Below the pieces are notes generated by a model. That model saw only the letters and a list, made by a program, of their open reading frames with translations. It ran no database searches and had not been told where the DNA came from. Source: a virus (lineage: Duplodnaviria > Heunggongvirae > Uroviricota > Caudoviricetes). From it: a DNA stretch of 41,685 nt. This document shows, in pieces, positions 27,479-35,624 of this stretch; the first letter of the stretch is position 1, and every line of letters starts with the position of its first letter. The DNA lies in the IMG/VR virus record IMGVR_UViG_2541047729_000013; one strand, written 5' to 3'. Both the position numbers and the translations under genes were made by a program.

Positions 27479-28954
27479 TTAAGCATAGGGATCATAATCT
27501 GTAATGGCCTTGCCTTGCTGGTTCTGCTGCCCGGGAATTCGCAGACGCTTAGACACAGGGAACGCAAACGTCAGCAGTAGCGCATCGCCTTTACCCGGCG
27601 AACGCCCAAGCCGCTCCTTGATATCTTCCTTCGGTTCGATAACGATTTTACCGTCCACACGAACTTTGTACTCTGCCGCCGACAGGTCGTCTGCAGTTTC
27701 CTGGTCATCCAGCATGCCGCCGAGCCTCAGCCATGTCTTGCATGAGTTGAACATCTCCCCACGCTTGTTGAGCATCTGCGGGTCAGTAGACGCGCCACCG
27801 AACGGAACAAGTTGCCATGTACGTCCCCAGCCATCACCGATTGACTTCAAACCGGTTCCGTAACCGAAGTCGATGAACACCGCGTCAGCCTGATACTGGT
27901 CTTCAAAGTCAGCGATACGCTTCGCCATAATCAGATCGTCGGTAGTCTTGTTGCCAGTCCACAGCACCTTACTGTGTAGCCCCTGCCGCAGGTATATCAC
28001 CGCGTCATCAACGCCTGAATATGCCGGGTCAACACCGATTATCACCGGAGCATGTGCAACCTGCGCAGCGGTAACCACCCGCTTCATGGCCTCGTCTGTA
28101 AGGCCTGTTGGGATAAACTGGAGTTCTGACGCGTCAGGGAAGATCCCCCGCACGCGGACCTTCACGAAGTCGCTGTCTTCGCCGTAGTCGTCAACCCATT
28201 TCTGCAGCTGCTGCTTGTTTGTGCCTTCCACGGTGCGGCTGTCAATCTGCGCGCACTTCCAGCGGTGCTTGTACTTGCGGAAGCATTCGCGGAAGCGCCC
28301 GGTGTTACGCGTCGGGTTCCCAAACGCCACCCAGATAATTTCCGTGTCTTCGTCCGTAAGCGCACCCTCAGCAACTTCCCACACCAGATCCGCAATGTTC
28401 GACGCTTCATCGAATACCACGATGATGCGTTTGCGCTCGTTGTGTAGTCCGGCGAATGCCTCGGTGTTGTGCTCAGACCAGGGTATTGCGTCAGCCCGCC
28501 ACCGCTTGTCGTGCCCTAGGTCATTGCTGTACATCGCGGTAGCGGTACAGGTAAACCAGTCTTTCGTGATAGCAAGGTTCGACCACTTGATAATTTCCGG
28601 CCAGGTCTTCGTTCGTAGCTGGTTGTCGGTGTTGGCGGTCACCACGACCTTACAATCCTCGCAAGTGGACATGCCCCAGTTGATCAGCATTGAGATGAAT
28701 GCGGATTTACCAATACCGTGACCAGAAGCGCGTGCCAGCATAAGCGGCTGATAGCGCGTCTCTGGATTCTGCAGGTGATCACGTATCTCTCGGAACGCAT
28801 CAGCCTGCCACTGACGTGGGCCGGTGGCATGTGCCAGTTCAGTCCCCTCTTCCCCCCACGGGAACGCATAGAGGGCATAGCCAAGCGGATCGTGAGTGAA
28901 CCCTGCAATATCCTCGATTAACTGCTCTTCAGGAGATAACGCTGTATCTGTCAC
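27479..28954 (-). CDS. Terminase large subunit
   Basis: 491 aa; Walker A-like RASGHGIGKS near the N-terminus and acidic nuclease-region motifs; overlaps TerS stop. Confidence 0.85.
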   Translation of the reverse strand: MTDTALSPEEQLIEDIAGFTHDPLGYALYAFPWGEEGTELAHATGPRQWQADAFREIRDHLQNPETRYQPLMLARASGHGIGKSAFISMLINWGMSTCEDCKVVVTANTDNQLRTKTWPEIIKWSNLAITKDWFTCTATAMYSNDLGHDKRWRADAIPWSEHNTEAFAGLHNERKRIIVVFDEASNIADLVWEVAEGALTDEDTEIIWVAFGNPTRNTGRFRECFRKYKHRWKCAQIDSRTVEGTNKQQLQKWVDDYGEDSDFVKVRVRGIFPDASELQFIPTGLTDEAMKRVVTAAQVAHAPVIIGVDPAYSGVDDAVIYLRQGLHSKVLWTGNKTTDDLIMAKRIADFEDQYQADAVFIDFGYGTGLKSIGDGWGRTWQLVPFGGASTDPQMLNKRGEMFNSCKTWLRLGGMLDDQETADDLSAAEYKVRVDGKIVIEPKEDIKERLGRSPGKGDALLLTFAFPVSKRLRIPGQQNQQGKAITDYDPYA

Positions 28955-29625
28955 TGATTGCCATCCTGACGTTCTTTCAGTCTCTTCCTGGCTGCCGCTA
29001 TGCGATCAGCAATTGTCACATTCACATTAACATCCAGGCGTTCTTTGAATGCGTTGACGTCGACGTGCTTACCAATCAGTTCGAGGTTCTTCACCTTGTC
29101 AGGCCATTTAATTTTTTTGAGGATTGTCTCTATCGAATCCTCGTTCATGTTCATGATGGTCGATGACAGATCAAAGCCACTAAGCGTAGTGCGCCAGATT
29201 TTCGGCCACTCGCGGATTGGCTTAAGGCTCCCATCGTCGTTGAGGATGTCGATCACGTCCATCTGGTCGATCTCCACCAGGCGCATGAGAACGTAATCAG
29301 CACTGACGCGCATTCGTTTGTTGCGCTCCTCCATCAACTCGGCAATCCGTTTTTGAATGCGTTCATCGCGCATCATGACACTGGCTTTAACTGCCGCTGT
29401 ATTTGGGGAGAATCCTGCGTTAATCGCTGCCTGAGTCTGGTTTTCAGGCGTTTTGATGTATGACTGGCAATAAGCCTCCTGCATTGCTGTTAGTGGCTTA
29501 AATTGCGTTGATTTGCGTTTATAGGCTTTAGGTTCAGCAGGCATCATAACCACCGTGGTAATAGTTACCGTTGTGGTAATAGTACCATGCAAAATAAAGC
29601 CGCCATAGTTGGCGGCAGTATTCAA
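28951..29625 (-). CDS. Terminase small subunit
   Basis: Basic DNA-binding-like protein immediately upstream of TerL with 4-nt overlap; true start may be the internal Met pair near 29547. Confidence 0.65.
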   Translation of the reverse strand: MNTAANYGGFILHGTITTTVTITTVVMMPAEPKAYKRKSTQFKPLTAMQEAYCQSYIKTPENQTQAAINAGFSPNTAAVKASVMMRDERIQKRIAELMEERNKRMRVSADYVLMRLVEIDQMDVIDILNDDGSLKPIREWPKIWRTTLSGFDLSSTIMNMNEDSIETILKKIKWPDKVKNLELIGKHVDVNAFKERLDVNVNVTIADRIAAARKRLKERQDGNQ

Positions 29626-29665
29626 ACCCCATCAAATTCATCATGCATAATCTACTCGTGACATG

Positions 29666-30007
29666 TCACACTATTAATTTCGTTTCATGCCAGCCTTTAG
29701 TCACCCAGCATTGCGAGTCACCATCACACGGGCATGAATTCACAGGAACTCTCTCGCCGCACTTACCGCAACGTTTTCTGCTGATCGATTTTATACGCCC
29801 GTGCACGCGTGCATCATCCTGGCGGATCAGTAACGCTATATACTCACCAAATTCGTAAGGCGCACGCCCGGGGCGACGCGTGGCACAGTTACGCTCCAGC
29901 ATTTCAATTTCCTGAGCATCAAGCACAATTTCCAGCTTACGCACACCAGATGCAGCTTGTCTGGCTCTCTGAGCGGCTTTGCGCTCTGCTGCTGATTTAG
30001 CCATCAA
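29666..30007 (-). CDS. Small basic protein with C-terminal Cys-rich zinc-ribbon-like motif (possible late-gene regulator)
   Basis: Arg/Lys-rich N-terminus; CGKCG...CPCDGDSQC near the C-terminus; last gene before the terminase operon. Confidence 0.45.
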   Translation of the reverse strand: MMAKSAAERKAAQRARQAASGVRKLEIVLDAQEIEMLERNCATRRPGRAPYEFGEYIALLIRQDDARVHGRIKSISRKRCGKCGERVPVNSCPCDGDSQCWVTKGWHETKLIV

Positions 30008-30278
30008 TATTCACCTTTATCGCGAACACCTTTACCGGTTTATCGCCGAAGTGGGGATGTGTGATTGTCTTGATTTCATATCCGTCATACGGAATATCAA
30101 TTCTGCGGCTGGAATCGTCGCGCTTCGGATATCCCTTTGTGATAATCAGGCGGTCATACTCGCGGAACATAATTCGCTTATTCCAGTAGTCATTACACAG
30201 GCGATACTCTTCCGTTTTCTCTCCGCGAATCATGGCATCGAAGTATTCACCTTTAACGGCAAGTTGCAGGTTAGCCAC
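29997..30278 (-). CDS. ASCH/PUA-like small protein
   Basis: 93 aa; MANLQLAVKGEYFDAMIRGEKTEEYR resembles ASCH-domain N-termini (from memory). Confidence 0.45.
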   Translation of the reverse strand: MANLQLAVKGEYFDAMIRGEKTEEYRLCNDYWNKRIMFREYDRLIITKGYPKRDDSSRRIDIPYDGYEIKTITHPHFGDKPVKVFAIKVNIDG

Positions 30279-30555
30279 GACCTTCCTCCTTTGGCTTGTG
30301 AATTTGTATCGTCATGCCGCTTTGAGTGGTGACTACAACGACAGAACCAGGCTGAAGACTGTTAAGATTGAATGCTTCGTAAAACGAAGCCAAGGCCAGC
30401 GCTTTTTTTATTCTTTCGGTTCCACCAACGCCATCCATTGCTACAGGCTACACTGACAATCCACTGTCCACTCCTGTAAGCCATATAAAACCAGATGAGC
30501 AAAACCTGAATGAATGCTATCCAGTCAATAATCGTATATTTCGCGAAGGAGACCA

Positions 30556-31209
30556 TCAATTAACCTCCTGCGGCGGTTCCGGTAGAGGCATCCAGTACAA
30601 GGCGTTCCCTAACCACGATAAAGTGCCGTCGCTCAACTCCACGTATTCCCCTTGTACCTGTCCTGCCATATACTCGCCGTGCTTTGAATAAATTAAAATC
30701 CAATCATCTTGAGCGGGCATTCGCTCACTACAGCTTATCCAACCATCCGGAGTTACCGGATAGTTGCCCGACAGCTCGTTCAACTTGTAAGTTTGGCTTA
30801 CAGGTTCGGCTTCCAGTTCTGCAATGCGCTTCTCTGCAGCTTCCAGCTCAACGCGCAGCTTCCCTACCGTTAGCGCAATTTCCTCGTTCTCCTGGTCGCG
30901 GCGTTTGATGTATTGCTGGTTTCTTTCCCGTTCATCCAGCAGCGCCAGCACGGTTTCTGGTCCGGTCAGAAATTTGAAGGCGTTGAGCGCATCAATATCC
31001 ACACCGTAATCCTTAAGTTCCTGTTCACTTAACAAATCATCATCAACTGGCAACATTAACAGGCGTTCCATTGCCGGAATTGCACGTTCTGCCGCCTCAC
31101 GCAGTGCCTGATAGTCAATCTTGTTCACTGGTTGTCTCCCTTGCAGGGCTTTCGAATGTATCAAACTCAAACAACTTAACCACGTCATCAAACAGGACAT
31201 AATCGCCAT
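30556..31209 (-). CDS. Ead/Ea22-like protein with DUF551-like C-terminus
   Basis: C-terminal YWMPLPEPP motif; coiled-coil middle; start uncertain because of overlap with the upstream gene. Confidence 0.5.
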   Translation of the reverse strand: MAIMSCLMTWLSCLSLIHSKALQGRQPVNKIDYQALREAAERAIPAMERLLMLPVDDDLLSEQELKDYGVDIDALNAFKFLTGPETVLALLDERERNQQYIKRRDQENEEIALTVGKLRVELEAAEKRIAELEAEPVSQTYKLNELSGNYPVTPDGWISCSERMPAQDDWILIYSKHGEYMAGQVQGEYVELSDGTLSWLGNALYWMPLPEPPQEVN

Positions 31210-31420
31210 CAGGATCTTCAGTCATGTCAGCGCCACACTCCTGACCGAACGAGTCACAACCATCCATATCAAGCTCGTATCGCTTCAGGTTTGCGATATT
31301 TGATAAATTCAGCGCCAGTACAGCTAGGGCATAAACCTCTTCGGCGGTATACCCTGCGCCATGCCCATACATTTCAATGCGGGATATGATTTCTTCTACC
31401 CGTTGTTTTGTGATCGTCAT
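31115..31420 (-). CDS. Hypothetical acidic early protein
   Basis: 101-aa ORF in the early-right operon, overlapping stop/start with neighbours. Confidence 0.5.
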   Translation of the reverse strand: MTITKQRVEEIISRIEMYGHGAGYTAEEVYALAVLALNLSNIANLKRYELDMDGCDSFGQECGADMTEDPDGDYVLFDDVVKLFEFDTFESPARETTSEQD

Positions 31421-31896
31421 TTTTGCTCACCTCCATGTTCTTCCAGAAAAATACGCATAGCCTCAAGCATCTCTTCGGTGTCATACGGAGACAGCTTGTC
31501 ACGCAGGATGTGTTCAATGCTGTTAATGAACTTTCGGATTGCTTTGCGTTCAATTTCAGTCAGGAAAGCATCGGTGGCTGGGGTGTCTGATTGCAGAGAC
31601 TTTGCGCGATAGTCATTCCACCCTCTTGCATACATGGGATTAACTCGCACTCCATCTTTTACGCAATATGCCTGCCCTCCACGGTTGATAACCTTGATTT
31701 CGTCCATAGCGCCAGACTTCAGCCCCGCATTCTCTGCCGCCAGCGCATTAGCACGCACCAGTTGCACTTCCAGTTGCGTTGCCAAATCGCTGATCAGCTT
31801 TGCCACACTGCGCATATCAACGGCACCACATTCTGCTTTCAGTTCCGAAGCCATCTCATGCCCGGCGGCAACTAACCCTTTGATATTACTTTCCAT
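31417..31896 (-). CDS. Hypothetical early protein
   Basis: 159-aa ORF in the nin/ead-like region downstream of the replication genes. Confidence 0.5.
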   Translation of the reverse strand: MESNIKGLVAAGHEMASELKAECGAVDMRSVAKLISDLATQLEVQLVRANALAAENAGLKSGAMDEIKVINRGGQAYCVKDGVRVNPMYARGWNDYRAKSLQSDTPATDAFLTEIERKAIRKFINSIEHILRDKLSPYDTEEMLEAMRIFLEEHGGEQK

Positions 31897-31957
31897 CTTT
31901 ACCCTCGCTTATCCACATAACTTATTGATTACATTGATAACTAAAAAGATCGTCGAT

Positions 31958-32302
31958 TCAGAACTCTTCGATGTTCCAGCCACCACCTGCTTTCTTTGGT
32001 TTAACCGTTACCCCGATGATTCGGAACGGATACTGATCTGCGGCGACTTTGGTTTTCACCCTGGCGTCGTCGGTCCAGAAACCTTTCACTTCGTGCAGTT
32101 CCATCTCTCCGGTGGCGAGCATCACAGCGAAATCTGGCGTATAGAACGTGTTGTCAGCTAACCGCAGCTTGATACCCTCGAATCGATACTAGGCGATTTC
32201 CCCTGCACGTTTACGCAGCTCAAGGTGCTGGCAATACGCAGATTCAGTTTTGTTCATCTGGCCTGTTTTGAGTCGACCAAGAGCCTGTATCTGTTTTCTC
32301 AT
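31958..32302 (-). pseudogene. DUF1064-like phage gene interrupted by an in-frame amber codon
   Basis: Minus-strand ATG at 32302 reads 37 codons, then TAG at 32191-32189, then continues in the same frame for 76 codons (YRFEGIKLRLADNTFYTPDF...HEVKGFW...) to TGA at 31958; absent from the ORF track because of the internal stop. Confidence 0.5.
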
Positions 32303-32304
32303 GA

Positions 32305-32383
32305 TTTACCTCTGAGGTAATTAAAAACCACATAAGACATGAAATCAATAGAGTTTATAATATTTTGTTACCTAACAGGTAAT
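32305..32383 (-). promoter_or_regulatory. Two operator-like palindromes flanking a candidate internal promoter
   Basis: TTTACCTCTGAGGTAAT (32305-32321) and GTTACCTAACAGGTAAT (32367-32383) between the P-like gene stop and the DUF1064-like start; TATAAT-like element between them. Confidence 0.4.
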
Positions 32384-32419
32384 TATCGAGGCGTAAAAAA
32401 ATGCGCTATCGCGCTGGTA

Positions 32420-33196
32420 TTACTTGATAAATCCTGCCGCCTTTCCCCGCCTGTATTCCTCCATCAGCCACTGCGCCGGTGTTATTCCCCCAAGGGTGGC
32501 GGCGTTAGGCATGCACCCGAAACTTCGCCCTGGTGGATGGTAAACGTCTCTCCCTGTGTCCGGAGGTGTACTCATGGGCTCTGGCTTTGCCTGTATGCTG
32601 ATCACCGGATCGGGTATCTGCTGTCCGGAAGCCACCTTTTTCGCCCAATCATCGAGCAGCCTGCGCGCGTGTTTCTCAACCTCACTCTCGCTAAGCTGGC
32701 GCTGATACATTGCACGACGGGTATCACATACGACCCAGTACATAACCGGATGCCGCCACGGGAATCTTTCGGGACCACCAGGATATAAACTTTTTTCCTT
32801 GCTGTACCGGTGAAACTCCGCCATCACATCGTCAATGGTGACGCCAAGAACCATCTTGCTGTCTTTGCACCACTTGATGAATTGCCCTGGCGACGGCCAG
32901 AACGGAGATTCACTGGCGCGGGCGTGGCGCATACCAGCGTTAACCTGTTCCATTGTAGTGATCCCATTCTCCAGAAACGCAAGCATCCATTGCTTACGGA
33001 ATTCATTAAGTTTGTTCTGCTCCCTTATGGTCGAAACGCTTGCAGGAAATGCAGCCTGTAACTGGACAAATAGTTCATTGAAAATTCTAGCAACCTGCTC
33101 CTTTTTGCCATTGCTGTCACGCCGCTCTTCATGCACAGCAACACCATGCTCACGTAAGCGATCGTACTCATTGAGAAGTTCTGGAGTTGATTTCAT
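32420..33196 (-). CDS. Replication protein P-like (DnaB helicase loader)
   Basis: FPASVSTIREQNKLNEFRKQWMLAFLENGITTMEQVNAGMR closely parallels the recalled lambda P segment FPASLANRDQNEVNEIRRQWVLAFRENGITTMEQVNAGMR. Confidence 0.8.
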   Translation of the reverse strand: MKSTPELLNEYDRLREHGVAVHEERRDSNGKKEQVARIFNELFVQLQAAFPASVSTIREQNKLNEFRKQWMLAFLENGITTMEQVNAGMRHARASESPFWPSPGQFIKWCKDSKMVLGVTIDDVMAEFHRYSKEKSLYPGGPERFPWRHPVMYWVVCDTRRAMYQRQLSESEVEKHARRLLDDWAKKVASGQQIPDPVISIQAKPEPMSTPPDTGRDVYHPPGRSFGCMPNAATLGGITPAQWLMEEYRRGKAAGFIK

Positions 33197-34016
33197 CCCA
33201 CACCCCTTCTATCCAGTCAGTGTTATTCCAGTCAAGCTCATCGCTTTTCCCGGCATTTTTTGATTTTCCCCTGATATGATTTACGTGCCTGGCGAATTTT
33301 TGTTCCCACTGAACCTGCGTGAACACTTTGCCCTCAGCCATCCAGTAATCCCGGAATGCAGCAAGTTCAGCAGGTGTAAATTCCGGTTCCGGCAGGGCCG
33401 TTCCCCACAGCGCAGCACGCCGCCGAAAATCTGGCGACGGTAGCCAGCCATCTGTCATCGGAAATTTCCCGATGGGTTCACTCAGGCCATCCAGAAATTC
33501 AGGTTCTGCCACCTGCAACGGCGTACTGTTCGCTTCACTGGTCGGAGCACCCTCGCACACGTGCGCTATGTGTGGGGTTTTATATATATCTTCCTCTTCC
33601 TCTTCCTCTGGTAACTCCTTTTGTAACGCTGTTGGCGTTACTTTTTGCGTTACTCGTTTTCGATGCTCTGCCACTCTTCTATTCGTAAGTGCACGTTTTT
33701 TCGATGATTCTCCATTATGTCGCTCAAAGTTTGGAAGAATTAGTTTGCCGTCATGATAAGCAAGCCATCCGACGCTAATGAGGGCGTCAGCAAATCCTGT
33801 AATAAAAGCGAGTCTATCAAGTACTCCTTTTGTAACGCTGCCAGCGTTACCGTCTATTGTTTGCTGGTCAGCCCATGCCCATATACGAACCAGCTTTCCA
33901 AGAACAGCATCTGGATCAATACCCAGAATTTCTGCTATCTGAAAAATTTCAGGTTTATCAGGAGTGATAACTTCAACCTTAATCCAGCTGCTTGCCATAG
34001 GTTTCCCCTCTTGCAC
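33168..34016 (-). CDS. Replication initiator / replisome organiser (O-like)
   Basis: N-terminal organiser-like segment (IWAWADQQTIDGN...), acidic linker (EEEEEED), DnaT-like C-terminal part; immediately upstream of and overlapping the P-like gene. Confidence 0.65.
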   Translation of the reverse strand: MQEGKPMASSWIKVEVITPDKPEIFQIAEILGIDPDAVLGKLVRIWAWADQQTIDGNAGSVTKGVLDRLAFITGFADALISVGWLAYHDGKLILPNFERHNGESSKKRALTNRRVAEHRKRVTQKVTPTALQKELPEEEEEEDIYKTPHIAHVCEGAPTSEANSTPLQVAEPEFLDGLSEPIGKFPMTDGWLPSPDFRRRAALWGTALPEPEFTPAELAAFRDYWMAEGKVFTQVQWEQKFARHVNHIRGKSKNAGKSDELDWNNTDWIEGVWDEINSRTSQ

Positions 34017-34191
34017 TCTTTAGTGCACAAGCAAATTCATTACGATGGCGGTTGGCGCTATTCATTGCACATTCAACACATGTTCCGTTCAGAACATACC
34101 TTTCAGAGAGATGGCCGTGACGGCACCGCTTTCCTGTGAAATAGCGATTTAACCCGGCTTTTGCGGCCTCCATTCTGGTTACTATCTTCAA
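33979..34191 (-). CDS. Small Cys-rich ORF between cro-like and O-like genes (uncertain)
   Basis: 70 aa from a TTG start; CRHGH...CVEC motif; occupies the cII-like position but with no similarity to lambda CII that I can see. Confidence 0.3.
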   Translation of the reverse strand: MKIVTRMEAAKAGLNRYFTGKRCRHGHLSERYVLNGTCVECAMNSANRHRNEFACALKSARGETYGKQLD

Positions 34192-34267
34192 TTTTTCCGC
34201 CCCTTTTTGTTATTGATATTGGCTATTTTGCACAATTGGAAAATTTGATCAACCAGATTTGGTTTTT

Positions 34268-34317
34268 TATTACCTTTGAGGTACGAATAGATATGAAAAG
34301 ACCGCCGGGTGGCGGTC
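34268..34317 (-). promoter_or_regulatory. tR1-like hairpin plus operator half-site downstream of the cro-like gene
   Basis: Minus-strand hairpin AGACCGCC-ACCC-GGCGGTCT followed by TTTTCA (34291-34317); adjacent ATTACCTTTGAGGTAC (34268-34284). Confidence 0.4.
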
Positions 34318-34339
34318 TACAGAGGGTTGTAGCTGGATA

Positions 34340-34570
34340 TCATGAGTAGAAGAAGTATGCCAGTTCTGCTTTTGAGCGCAGCCATTGTCTTGTTTTACAG
34401 GCTTTAAAAAGCCCATTCATCAATACCTTACCTGGCATTTTGCGCTTACCTGTTAAGTGAGTCTGGATATAGTGACTCGTCGTTCCGGCTTCCTGTGCGA
34501 AGGCTTCACGCTCATCCGGAGTAAGTGCAAGCCAGTGCTTTTTGAAATCGAAATGTCCGTTATCGCTCAT
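34340..34570 (-). CDS. Cro-like HTH regulator
   Basis: 76 aa, divergent from the repressor gene across the operator region; HTH-like segment REAFAQEAGTTSHYIQTHLTGKR. Confidence 0.55.
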   Translation of the reverse strand: MSDNGHFDFKKHWLALTPDEREAFAQEAGTTSHYIQTHLTGKRKMPGKVLMNGLFKACKTRQWLRSKAELAYFFYS

Positions 34571-34610
34571 AGCTATTGCCTGATATTTATTTCAGATAAT
34601 AAATATTCAC

Positions 34611-34670
34611 CCATAAGGTAACAAAAATCAAGGATAGTTACCTATGGGGTGCATTTACCTGTTGGGTAAT
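34611..34670. promoter_or_regulatory. Immunity-region operator cluster (OR-like), three ATTACC-N5-GGTAAT-type sites
   Basis: TTCACCCATAAGGTAAC, TTACCTATGGGGTGC and TTTACCTGTTGGGTAAT within the 154-bp repressor/cro-like intergenic region. Confidence 0.6.
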
Positions 34671-34724
34671 ATTGCTTTAAATTGAATCATCTACTGATTC
34701 ATATATGAGGCGATTTCCCAGAAA

Positions 34725-35309
34725 ATGAAAAGTATCCAGGACGTCCGCAGGCAAAATCTCAACGACTTGATCGACCGTGAATTCAATGGTGTTCAGACGC
34801 GGATGGCTGAAAAACTTGGAACTCAGGCAAATCTGGTAAACCGCTGGGCTCTTGGCAAGAAGGTTATCGGCGACCAGGTTGCACGAAAAATTGAAGCTGC
34901 CGCCAATAAACCCCGTAACTGGCTTGATATTGATCGCTCGCTTTCTCAGGAGGGTTTTCAGCCTGTCGGCCCGAGCGATATAGGTCAGCTGGCGGCTCAC
35001 AACCTGGAACGCTGGATGAGCGAAAGCCGCGACCTTTCAACGCAGGGAAAACTACACCGCGCATCCGGCGTCGCCCAGGTGACAATCAGCCGCCTGTTAA
35101 ACAATGAGGTCAGCGTTTCCATTTCCACCCTGGAGAATGTTGCATCCGCATTCGGGCGTCACGGCTATGAATTACTGATTCACCCGCACGACCCTGCGAC
35201 CATCAACTATGATCGCTCGCGCTACGCATTGTTACCCGAAACCGAGAAAGCAAAGATCGAAAGTTACATTGAATTTGTCATCAACCAGAACGAAAAAAAC
35301 AAACAATAA
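34725..35309 (+). CDS. CI-like prophage repressor without peptidase S24 domain
   Basis: N-terminal XRE-type HTH (TRMAEKLGTQANLVNRWALGKK) and a second HTH-like segment; no Ser-Lys autocleavage motifs; divergent from the cro-like gene; followed by a terminator. Confidence 0.7.
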   Translation: MKSIQDVRRQNLNDLIDREFNGVQTRMAEKLGTQANLVNRWALGKKVIGDQVARKIEAAANKPRNWLDIDRSLSQEGFQPVGPSDIGQLAAHNLERWMSESRDLSTQGKLHRASGVAQVTISRLLNNEVSVSISTLENVASAFGRHGYELLIHPHDPATINYDRSRYALLPETEKAKIESYIEFVINQNEKNKQ

Positions 35310-35330
35310 AATCATATTTTTCAGTAAGTA

Positions 35331-35354
35331 AGCCGCCTTCTGGCGGCTTTTTTA
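35331..35354 (+). terminator. Rho-independent terminator after the repressor gene
   Basis: AGCCGCC-TTCT-GGCGGCT followed by TTTTTT. Confidence 0.75.
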
Positions 35355-35365
35355 TTGCCTATACG

Positions 35366-35444
35366 ATTACCTAACGGGTAATTTTTTTAACTCATATCTA
35401 TTGACATCAAACCAGATACGCATAATCATTACCTCAACGGTAAC
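35366..35444 (+). promoter_or_regulatory. OL-like operators and early-left promoter
   Basis: ATTACCTAACGGGTAAT (35366-35382), TTGACA at 35401-35406, ATTACCTCAACGGTAAC (35428-35444) and a further GGTAA half-site, upstream of the first early-left ORF. Confidence 0.55.
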
Positions 35445-35462
35445 AGACCGAGGTAACAAGTT

Positions 35463-35624
35463 ATGCAGTGGAAAATCATCAACGGTTGGTACTGCGTTAC
35501 TGCATGCGGATTCATGAGCTGGAAGTTCCGCACCTTACAGGAAGGCATTAAGTGGGCTTTCGTCAGCAAAGAAGCTCGCGATGTGGCAAACGATAACGAG
35601 ATATGGGAGGAGGTTAGCAAATGA
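35463..35624 (+). CDS. Small early protein (53 aa), first gene of the early-left operon
   Basis: ATG preceded by GAGGT; stop overlaps the next gene start (ATGA); translation MQWKIINGWYCVTACGFMSWKFRTLQEGIKWAFVSKEARDVANDNEIWEEVSK; below the track size cutoff. Confidence 0.35.
   Translation: MQWKIINGWYCVTACGFMSWKFRTLQEGIKWAFVSKEARDVANDNEIWEEVSK

Noticed and set aside
34340-35309. Lambda-type N or Q antiterminator genes near the immunity region
   Set aside because: No Arg-rich N-like ORF or Q-like protein was found; the small ORFs present do not resemble either.
35429-35620. Minus-strand ORF (63 aa) between the OL-like region and the coiled-coil gene
   Set aside because: It overlaps the plus-strand 53-aa ORF at 35463-35624, which has an RBS and translational coupling to the next gene, and it would be transcribed against the early-left operon.
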